From contig CM068750.1 of the NCBI GenBank assembly GCA_035084275.1, positions 9,672,001-9,736,000 on the forward strand: a stretch of DNA of 64,000 nucleotides, read 5' to 3'. Made by a program: the position numbers and the translations under genes. This DNA comes from Hydrolagus colliei. Taxonomy: Eukaryota. The notes under the pieces were generated by a model that was given only the letters and a program-made list of their open reading frames with translations, was not told the DNA's origin and ran no database searches. This document shows, one piece after another, positions 13,479-24,815 of the stretch. The stretch's first letter is position 1. Every line of letters begins with the position of its first letter.

Positions 13479-14579
13479 ATCCTATGGTCTCTCTGGTAAT
13501 AGTATATTAGGAAAAAGTAGCCTTCTCTGCACACAGAACTTTACCTTTATTGTCTCCCTTACATTGGTCTTGAGATGCTTTCATTCTTATACATTTTGGA
13601 TGTTCATTTATTATTCATTGTCTGTTGCAGGTCATTCTCAGCAACTTTTTTTGGCGTACAGTATATGGGGCTGCTCTTTGAACCCAATGAAGCACTATCA
13701 CTTAGGTTACCCTGTTTGGACACATGTACCTTAATTTCTATGAATAAGCAGGGCAGAGCCTGATTGGTTTTACCTGTACAATTTAATTTCGAGCTCTTGA
13801 GATGCCCCCTAGCATTGAGGGCCTATATAAATGAAAATTGTTGTACAAACAATATTAAAATGCTATGAACCTGGACACTCATGAAACATAAACCATTGTA
13901 ACATTTATGCAAGTTAGAAAATATTTTAGTGCTATGCTTTTGTCACTAACATGTTAGTTTCTCTTCCTTCATATAAATATGTTCAGTTGTCAGTATATGT
14001 AACATATGGCAAAGCACTGAAATATAATAACCTAATTACATTTGATGTATGTTTTCAGTTCCAAAGGAGTTTAATTGTTAAACCTCAGAATATATATTTT
14101 ATTAAAATTTGCTACTAAACAATTTGTCTGTGGGAACTTGCTTGTTGTTTTATAAACAGTTTTTTTCTCATTACTTTATAATCTTAATTTAAATGGGATT
14201 GCATTGTAGCAACATTGTTGCAAAGTGTTTAATGCAGCAATATTGTAGCATAGAATTGTTTTGATTGACAATGAACTGGCAACTGTTATTCTGTACTGTA
14301 CTATTATAATTATTAAACATGAATATGAAAAAATATCCTTTTGAATGAAAGTTCAGTGCATTTTATTATTCAGTAGTCTTAAATGTGTTAATTTTACAGT
14401 GCAGTCATGAAGTCTTATGTCTATGCATTAAGGCCCTTTTGGTAATAAGTATGAACAAACCACTCAAATTTATCACTCAGCTGATTTTCCACAGTCCCTG
14501 ATGGCAATTTATCATCGAAAGCAAATTAAGTCATTCAATGGTAAGTAATGGCAAGTTAGACGAAAGTGTGCAAATCTGG

Positions 14580-15010
14580 AGAGTGGATGAACCGTGAGCT
14601 GGAATCGTGTCTTTCACATCGAGGAGCAGTTTTAATTCAGCCTAGACTGAAGGCATGAAAGTTTCCTATATAGTGGTAATGGCCCTATGCAAAATGTATT
14701 TGTGCAGTTTCAACTCAATTCTTAGGAATTGTACCTTGAGCAAAAATTTTCTCGAAATTAGCATTAAATTGGTAACCTCTCTCAGAGAGACTGAGAGATG
14801 GCAGGAGTGGAAATGGAAATGTTCAATAGAGATGCTCCTTTTAATGTTGGAGTTTACGAAAATTGCTGGGTAGTATTCAATGAACTTTACCCTGCATCTA
14901 GCCTGTGCCTTAACTGACCTGGGAGTGATTGATGATGACACTGGGTGCAAAAATGTTACATTGTTCCATTCCCCATCATTGACATCCTTCACCCTGATGA
15001 GCACAAAAAT
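14580..15010 (+). mobile_element. Ancient LF-SINE-like element
   Basis: Collinear motifs ctttcacatc, ttcagcctag, ggccctatgcaaaatg, aaattagcattaaattggtaacc, gacctgggagtg and ccctgatgagcac resemble the LF-SINE group as recalled; highly diverged. Confidence 0.5.
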
Positions 15011-16202
15011 TCATCCTTAAAAAAAAATTGAGTAATCATGCAAATGATTTCCACCTTAACAAATGGAAATGAACCACTTGGCTTTTGTTAACGATCATGG
15101 TTCATGGCACTCAAGAAGCAATGTGGGGGAAAAATAAGCCTTCAAAGCAATGTTTCACAGATATAAGAACAGTTATATCTTTAGACAAATGTTTGGCCAC
15201 AAAACAATAACTTTAGGTACTGAAATAGGGATACTACATGACTTTAAAAAAAAGTGAAGTGTTCACATTACCAGGGATGCTGTGCAATATAAACAGTTGA
15301 ATTATCTTATCAGGGCAACATTATTAAAGGTAGCCTATAAAGATTTACAAAGGAAGCCTGAGGGTGGAAATGTGCCACCTAGGAAAAAATGACAGATGCT
15401 GAATAGAGAGTGACACTAATTTTAACAATGTGAGGGAGAAGCAAGCATCATCCTTGGATTGCAGATGATTTGTAATATTTTGTGATATCATATTGTTCAC
15501 TGCATACAAATGTCAACCACAGGTAATTTTGGATTGGCATGATTTTATACAGCATATTGTAACAGATGCATAATATTCAATATCCACTTGTAGCTGTATC
15601 TTCAAAGAACTTATCGCCATATCTGAGGAGAAGGAAGGTGAGCCAAAGAATCTGAGGGAAAAGAAGGAATGCAATCCTCCAGCATCAGAAATCAAACCAT
15701 TGTAGACTATAACCTAGCCAGGTAAAGGAATGTCGGACTTTAATTACATTAAGGATTATTCTGTGTACCTCTTCATAAAAATATGAGGGCACATGAGCTA
15801 TTGAAATTAGGAGTTCTCCCTTTAACATTCCCAACGCAAGGCATGAGACCAAACCACAAATATTATGAATGGCCTACAGACCTTCTTTTAGCAATGTTCA
15901 TGGATTTGTGCATATCAAATGCTACTGATAGTTGTGCATTCCTCAAGCAAAGCCCTTCTACAAAGGAATTCTACTCTGATGTGCAGTACATAGAAATAGA
16001 TCATGTCAAACCAAAGTTCCTGTGGCTCAGTGTTGTACACACCTCGTATCAGAATTCAATATTTACATGTCATGTTTGTGAATAAATGTAAACTGACATG
16101 GCACCATTGGATGTGCAAATAGCTAATGGCTAATTATACCACTTGCCACCTGTATCATTTATCTACATAGATCATGAATGTTTTCTTCAGAGTACTTTAG
16201 AG

Positions 16203-16577
16203 ATAATAATAATAATAATCCTTGCACTTGATGTAACCCCTCATCATTCTTCTAGACATCTCAAAGTGCTTCATAGAATATATTGCAAAGGGAATTGACT
16301 GTATGTTTTGTGGGTGAAATGTGGCAATGTTCCACAAACAGTCATGACCACTTAAGTGACCACTTTTTTGTTAAATGTATAATTTGTTTTTAAGGAATTA
16401 TTTACCCCAAAAAAAGCAATGCGCCAATTGACTAACAACCGGGTTCCTAGTTACTGCAAGATAAACAGAGTCATGTGGAGTAAGGAAACATGCCCAACAT
16501 TTCGCCCTTCCAGGGAAGCAAATCCAGGTCCTCTTTCTTGCAAGGCAAGTGCTCCAACCATTATGCTACAGGACTCC
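16203..16577 (-). mobile_element. Near full-length copy of the same tRNA-derived SINE
   Basis: Reverse complement begins GGAGTCCTGTAGCATAATGGTTGGAGCACTTGCCTTGCAAG and ends caagtgcaaggATTATTATTATT; collinear with 3337-3645. Confidence 0.85.
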
Positions 16578-19134
16578 ACAGATGGCGAATCTGAAGGGAA
16601 TGGAGCGCACCCTTGAACACCACTGCTGGTGTGACAATTCATTGCAGTGAATCCTTCAGTAAACTTTACTCATCAATGAACCACAAATCATTGTTTAGAG
16701 TATTATATCAAACAGATATGGTACCTTTGCAATATTGCAGAAGCTAATTTTTTAAAATAAATAACCTTTCTCACTGAAAGCTTATGCATCACTTCCCTGC
16801 TCAATCTCTTTCTGTTCAAAACTGGAAACCAACAACCTCTTCACAATTAAGAAAAGTAAATGAAAACCATGTGCTGCAACATGACCCTATGTCCTTACTT
16901 TCCGTTTTCAGAGTATTCTTACATATGTGTTGTGCTCTTATCCCTTGGGTCCTGAATTTCTTAATATATGCATGTATAGTGTGACCTCTCTTGTGTAAAC
17001 TAATTTGTCTAAAAATGTTGTTTAAAAATTGTACTTTAGTTCAAGTTTAATTTGTTAGTTAATCTTCGTACTAAACCTATCAATGTGACAATATCATTCA
17101 TGGGTTTTAAAATGTCATACATTTGCTTGCACTGCATTGAGATTGCATTATATTTAAAGAAAATAAATAGTTTTGAAATTCACCATAATTCAGCCAATGT
17201 ATGAAATATATTACTCTAAGAGTGCAAAACTTTAAATCAAATCTCACTTTATGACATATGTTTATAACCATCTTCCCAACAACACAAAATGCAGAATATA
17301 ACATTAGTCAGATCTTCTAATAATTGGAGAGATTGGTGTTTAGTCATCATAATATAATGCACTATATTATGACATGTATATTCATGACATGTATATTAAT
17401 CTATGGATGGAAAATGTTTACTTGTTAATTTCAATGGATATTTTATTGCTGTCAATGAACACATGTCACTGCAGGCTACAGATGTTGTAACCTTTATATA
17501 GTCAACAAATGGAAGATATAAAATTCATAAATTGGGTCACTTTTAACGTTATTTTGAATCATGTTTGAATCACATCTAATATTTTACCAACAGAGATATT
17601 ACTGTAAGTCATTAATATGTAGGAATCTCATATCACAAACCTGCACAACCTATGTGAACAGAGACAGGGCTGTTTCCAATTGAAGTCCAAGCTTGGTCAG
17701 AATAGACTGCTGAAATCTTGACATTTTCTTCACTCACTCTATTAACAGCAGAGATGGCAATCGAGTGTTCAGTTCGCTATTACATGTGAAATAATGATTA
17801 CTTCTAATATTTATTTCAAGGCGCTTACAAATGAGCCATACTTGTATATTTGAATATGCCAGTATTGAATATTGTACCGTGAAATTATATATTAATTAAA
17901 TGGAACATTTGATCATAGGCTTCCAGAAAGATTCCAATTCACGATAATGTACATTTGATTTAATATATGAATAATGCTTGCTGGTAAACCCAATCTGGGA
18001 ATGTTCATGGATGACCTCCTAATCAACACAGTAAAAAGTATTGTATATCACAGGTACCCAGCTTTTTTTTAAAATCACAACATGTGGATTGATTGGTTGA
18101 AATATATTAATTTAACTGATTGTGTTGGGCTGTGTATAAAAATTCTAAATCAAAAATAATTACTATGTACCACTGTACACTTCAACAACAATGCTTGTGA
18201 GATTACAAAGAGTCCAACTCTTTTTCTGATATTGTACTTTTATATTCCAGCCCGATTTTATTGCACAATTCTCATTGTCCATTGTGAAAAATAACCTAAT
18301 TTGGATTTAATGTGTGTAGAGTTGCTACACTTGCACATTCACCATTATGCTCTAGCTGGCAAATGCAGACCTTATTGCCCGTACAATACACCAGAGAGCT
18401 GTCTGCAGCATTATTTACTCGTTAAAACTTTTTTTTGAGAACATTTCCAGAGTGGACACCAAATTGATTCTCACCGCCTGCATTCATACCGCACTTTTCT
18501 GGCAAAACCAGCTCCTCAAGGTGGTTTCAACGGCTGTCTCCAGTGTGATTAACGGTCAGATTGTGGACCTTAAACCTGATTTATATTGCATTTTTAGCAT
18601 TGTTTCTGCGCCAGTTTGTATCCAATTGATACGGAAAGCACAGTATAAATAGAGCATAATAAAATAAATGAGTTCGCATGAAGGACACAATAAGGACATA
18701 AACATAGAGGCGTACAAACACAGACTCCCACACAGCTGACAGGTATATGGACACAGCCACCAGCACAAAGAGAGACATGCACAGACAAAAGACAGATACA
18801 GTTACATGGACAAAGAACAGGGAAGAAAGGAGGAACGAAGACGCACAAAAAAGGCAGCACAAGACACCTGTCATCAATAAGTTAGCGTTTCATCTGTGAT
18901 GGTGGAACTGACTGTCAGTGGACGGGATAGCCAGAACACTGTCAGAAAATTATGGACAAACGCAGGTGCTGTGCTGTGTTGGTGCCTATAACCAGGGACC
19001 ACTCGCGCACACACACACACATACACACACCACTGCACAGACACGCGGCATTAAATCAACGTGCATTTCCCAGCCACACATCAGGGCGACTCTGTCTGCA
19101 AAGTGTGTGTGCGTTGTTTGCTTTGCAGGTAAAC

Positions 19135-19470
19135 TTGCCCCGCCCTCCCCAACAACAACAACAACAAAAATACACTATTACCTGCTCGGGGCGGGCGGGC
19201 GGGCAACTTAAGAGATGGGCGTTATATATATTTTTAATATATATATATATCTACTGTATATAAAATCCACTCGCACTCGCCCTGTCACCGGGGCCGGTTG
19301 GTCTGGGTCACCCAGAGCCTCCTCGCCGCTCCCCGGGGAGACGGAGATGGCGACTGCTTCCCCCCCACCTCCCTCCACTCCCCGGCCCTCCCCGGGAATC
19401 CCCCGAGACCCCCCCGGCGCCTCGTGGTGACTCCCGGGCGGGGCACTCGGTACACGTGCATCTCACTCAC
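19135..19470. promoter_or_regulatory. Distal GC-rich CpG island about 11 kb upstream of the MEIS2 ATG
   Basis: GGGGCGGGCGGGCGGG GC boxes, AGATGGCG (YY1-like), CACGTG E-box, dense CpG. Confidence 0.65.
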
Positions 19471-20771
19471 TTCCCTCTGCTCAGCTCATTAATCTGGTCA
19501 CATTTCACCCCAGGTGTTTATTAACAGAAATACCGATTCGCTTGGATTCCACCCCCCCCCCCCCCCCACACACACACACACAGACACTTTTTTTTATTTT
19601 AAAAATCGTATTTGTTTTTTTCTTGGTCGCTACAATAAGTGAGAAAATACATTTGTTTTACTGAAATATTTTTTTGGGGAAATACAACGACCGCAGTAAG
19701 TGGACAGTGTGAGGTACCATCACTTAACCCCTCAGCATATACACACACACACACACACACGCCCGATAATACACTAATTGTGATTAAGAACATAATTTGT
19801 GGATTGAGAACATAAAACCCTTATCAGACTGAAACTGGTCGGAGGAATAAGTACACACAGGTTCTCTAGACAAGATGTGGTGATAATAAAGTGCTCCCGA
19901 TATATTAGGTTTAAAAGTACTGGGTGCAAATAAATGCCATTGTCACACTTCAGTGGAAGTGAAGGCTCGCCCTTTTTGCAGTGGCTGGCGGTGGATGTGC
20001 TTACTTCATTCACCAAGAATTGACGAATTTAGTTTCGGAGTCTCTCTGGAGGATCACACAATCCTGCTCCTTCCCTGTATTTAATTGTTAATTCATCTGA
20101 TCCTATTTCGAATGCCTTGTCAGATGCGCTAAACGACCAGTAATATTTGGTGGTGGTGGGGGGGGGGGGGACCACTTGCTACTTATTGAAACCCCCATGC
20201 GAATATTAGTCTACTTTATTTAACCAGGAAACGCTTATCCTCTGTCAATTTATCATAACTGTTAGGGTGTGTGTGTGTGCACACGCGATAATGTATTCAC
20301 TAATTTTATACCGATAGAAAAACGGGGGGTAAAACTTACTGCAATCCATAGCCAGTTGTTTAGTTGGAAATAATAAGGGATTAGATAAGGAGCATTAAAA
20401 TATTACACCACGGTGGATGAAAGAAGATCGAAACGCAAAGGGCGTGTGTTTGTAATAAGACAGGACAGGCTATTTAGTCTATTGCACCTTGGTGCTGTGC
20501 AGCCCACACTGTAATACACACACACGCACACACATCTCATTCAACCAGCAGCTGGACTCGCACTTGTGAAACAAGGTTCAGGAATGGTTTATCACATCAG
20601 GTTCACGAGAAGGCGACTTGACTGGCAGGGGGCACCCCTCGTCAAAAAATAATACAATTTGCCACAAACTCTCTGGTTTTTTTTTTTCCGCTTTAATTAA
20701 CACAAACCAATATAATTCTCATACACTTACAATAAGCACGGTCTCTTGTTTTGTTATTAGCTGTCATGGCT

Positions 20772-20802
<31 letters not shown>

Positions 20803-23800
20803 CGGGGGGTGTTGATCGAAATTTCTTGTTCCATTTGTAAACATTGTTACTTGTGTCCGACTGTTTAATTGGAGAATAAATTGGAAAAATAGCGATTTTT
20901 TTTTACGTATCAAGCGCACTCAAGCCGAATGGGCAATAATGTTTCTCTTGAATTTATATTCGTCTAACGAAACTTCTATCGCGGCGGATGCAGCGCATTC
21001 TTCCTTTAATCGTTGGTACCTACGCAGAACTGAAGAGCAGTTGATGTCTCTGTTTTTTTTCACAAACCGCGGCGCCTTAACACACTTGCAAAGTTGCATA
21101 AATGTCAAGGGAACGTAACAAAGTTTGTAGAGAACAGCCATTGGGGGGGGGGTGTGGGGGGTGGGGGGGGGGAGGGAATCTACCAACGAATTACTTACTG
21201 TACATGATTAAACTGGTAGATGTTGTTAAGCAACTAACATTTTCAGTGTTGCGAGGCTTGTTGTAGCGTTGATTTCATTCGGTTCGTGCGCATTTTCAGT
21301 TTGTTGAACTAAAGGAAAATCAGGGAAAGCAACAGAAGTTTGGGTGAACGGTCGAACATACCTAGAGATTGACTTGCGCAGTTTTTTTGAATTCAATCAA
21401 TAATTAAATCAATATTAAATGTCGATCTGTAATTGAAAAATGTCCATCGATCAAAATATCTCAAAGGGGTGGGGGGGGGGGGGGGGAAAGGACCAACAAA
21501 ATTAGAATATCAAGCATTTGACTTACTGATTTCTAAAATTTATTTCGATATTTTATCCTGCATTGTATGCTGTACATGAAGTACTGTATGATGCATCTTG
21601 CTGTTTTTTGGGGGCGGGGGGGGAACGGCGACGACGACACTTTGGACAATTGAATCAATCGATACAGTTACCGTTCATGGATCGGTTTGTTCGAATTGAT
21701 CCTCACTGAGGTTACAGATTAAATGTTATCTGTGTTTTGCTTATGTAATATTAAAGAGCAAACAAAAAAAAAGGTGATGGGATTTTCCGGAAGATCATTA
21801 CTGATGGGTTCGTGTCTGTGAAAGGGTGGGGTGGGGCGGATCGTTTTCAAACCCGCTTGGCTAAGATGAATAGCGTTGGACAGGACAGTCGCAAGAAGGT
21901 CATTGCTATTAACTTAAGTACAGCATCCGAACTCCACTTAAACTTACCCAATTACACCTAATGATCTGCAGGGGAAAAACTCGCCCGTGACCTGACCTTC
22001 ACAACACAACAGTTCATACATACAGCGCCTTGTGGTTCAGTCAACAACCGCGCATTCCTTCGTATTATTCCTTTTAATGATTTCTTTTCGTGTTGTGTTT
22101 TTTCCTCCTCTGTCGGAAAGTGGAATACTGTATTTCCCCCTTTAAAGGGAGGGTTTTCCAGGTAGAACAAGAGCTCCCGACCTATCGCTTGCTGCCATGT
22201 CTTTCGTTTATACCCTGGGAATGGTAGTTATTCTCCTGGTTTAGATTACCTAGAGAAAAGGGGACACAAATCTGTTTTATAAAGACAGTTTACTTGTAAC
22301 CACACAAATATACAGATTTTTAAAAAAAAAACACTGAATGCAAAATGTATATGAAAATGAAATCTCCAATGACAATTCTCCAAATGGTATCAGGTATTTC
22401 TGCATCATTGTAAAATAGTGATTGATTCTGCACTCTGAATACCATGTCTAATTAAATTTACTTTAATCACCTCCCAACTTTATGAAAACGATGAAGGAAA
22501 TGAAAACACAACGCTGTGCAGTTTATAGATAAATGTCAGCCTTTTCAGTTCACTCAAATCTACCATTTTGGGGGGGAAATTCGACATTTGGGGATGATTT
22601 CCCACGCTTTGTGTGTAATATTTTAGTCAAGTGATATTCAATTGCTCAAAGTCACATTAACGACTAAATGGGAGTTAACAAGTGAATAATTATAATTAAT
22701 GCAAAATTAATTTTCATCGGTGCTTGGAAAGATCAAGCAATCCCAACACTAGCCATCCTTGTGAGTTCGCCTAACAGTATAAATGCAACATAATCCAAAA
22801 TGAGCCATGAACAAGCTGCCTGGCCCAGAATAATGGAAGGAGTGCAAGGAATGTTAGCCAACAATCATTCTCCTAAAATGCTCCATTTCCAACTCTCTCT
22901 CACAGATATATATGCACAACATCAGCACGGCTTTTTTTTAAATCGTTTTTTTCCCCTCTCCCATGCATTATCTGCACGGTTGAGTGTGTGAAGCGAGAGA
23001 CTAATTATTCGCTACTGTGAATAAAATCGCGAAAAGCTGCATCTTTAACATCCCGCCTCTTCAGGGGAGTCTCCACACAGAAAGGGGAGAGAGAAAGCGG
23101 GAGACAATCAGAGATTGCTCCTTGCTTTAACAAAACAGCCAAGGGTAACTACGTTCATCACGCACCCAATGTGGGTTACAATTTTTGGGGGGAAACAAAG
23201 TTGCATTTCATTATGTCAACCCATCTAGCCTAAAAAATCGCGTAAAAAAAAACTTTATTGAAAAATAATGCACGGTACACTGATAAGTACAATAACAGAA
23301 AGGAATCACAAAACGACTATACTAATATGTCAATGTGACCATTGTACTGCAGTAAATTAGTGTTCTTTTTGGATGGGATTAAATAAAAGGTTATATCCAC
23401 AAAATATCGAAAGACTGGAATTTATTACTGGACTATTATAACAAAAAAGTCTATAAAGATTTGCCCATTGCTTTGTTACACTGCGCACTAATTGCCTTTT
23501 CAAATTAACCTGGTTTGGTGGTTCTAATCCTGGGATAATTGCAATGGAAACACGTTTTAATGACACTCATTAAATGATTCCACTACTTATAAACAAGATG
23601 AGCCGGTGTTTAAGAAGCACAGAAGCATAGTCTATTAACATCTAAAATAACTACCTCGATCCACAATTTTGATTTTCTGTTTACTTTATTCTGGTTAATG
23701 TAATTACATTTTTCAAAAATCGTCGTCTTGCTTTTCTCTCGTGTAGGTAAGCGTGGGGTAGATATAAAATAATTCACACAAGGGGACAAAATGGTTTTCT

Positions 23801-24798
23801 TTATTAATATGAATTTGCTATGAACGGTGTTCGAGCTACAAATAAAATTCAACATAGTGTATGTTCGAAAACGGGTTAATCCTTATTAATCACGCTTCTT
23901 CAAACTGTTATATATATATATATGTAATCGCATGTGTGAAGATGCTTGTTCTGGACGATACACAGTCTTCTATTTTTTTTACCAACAGCAGCAGTGATTA
24001 AGAAGTTATCGGCAGTGACCTCCAAATTCCTAGCCCATAATCTCCTTTAAAAGCATCTTTAAAACCATGCGGCGCTCCAAATCATTTTTTTAGGCATCTT
24101 CTAGGAATGCGCTAAAAAGGAAATAAACACCAGCAATCGCTTCTGATAATTTAGCGGATAACCAGCCACGTCTGACCTCCTAAACAAAACATATTAACCT
24201 GGAAATCTATTAATTTCGTGAGATTAAACCTGTTTGAAGACAATGATTGCGCAGAAATGACCAAGTTCTTGTACTCCCCCATTCTGGACACACATTCTAT
24301 ATGTCCATTTCAAAACTTTACTTTCCATAATGAAATCGACGCGATCTCCTTTAAAACCTGATAATGTTGGACGCGGCAATATCAAAAGATGTTTTTGAGG
24401 GGCTGGAAATAGATTATGTTACCACAATTTAATCTGCTCGTTTAAAAATTGACTGCTGACCTCGACTATTTGGCAAATAAACTTTGCATAGATACACAGT
24501 TCTGGATGGTATGCCTCAGAAATACAATATTTATAAGCAACTGGATTGCTACAACCAACCCCGCCAGATAGCGCTAAAGGGCTGTCTAAGAGATGCTTTC
24601 AAATTAACTTCTCTCCGACCAGGCAGAACATCTGCAGAAAGTTCGCGTGGCTTCTTTCTTTTATATATGAGAGCGAGATTGTGGTGGAATATATAGGTAT
24701 TCGGATACGTTTGATAACAGTGTATGGAAGGATTTACAGGTAACTATGTTAAACACGACGTCGCCAGCAAAGACTACCTCCAGGCTGTATTTATACAG

Positions 24799-24815
24799 GG
24801 GTCAGGAAAAGTTCA
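24799..24815 (+). promoter_or_regulatory. DR5 retinoic-acid response element candidate GGGTCA-ggaaa-AGTTCA
   Basis: Perfect RGKTCA-N5-RGKTCA, about 5.6 kb upstream of the MEIS2 ATG. Confidence 0.55.

Noticed and set aside
15590-15728. Purine-rich exon-like stretch ending in CAG/GTAAAG
   Set aside because: In-frame stop before the donor, no good acceptor and no recognisable peptide.
18556-18877. Three overlapping Cys/Val/Leu-rich minus-strand ORFs
   Set aside because: T depletion on the + strand removes stop codons on the minus strand; a compositional artefact.
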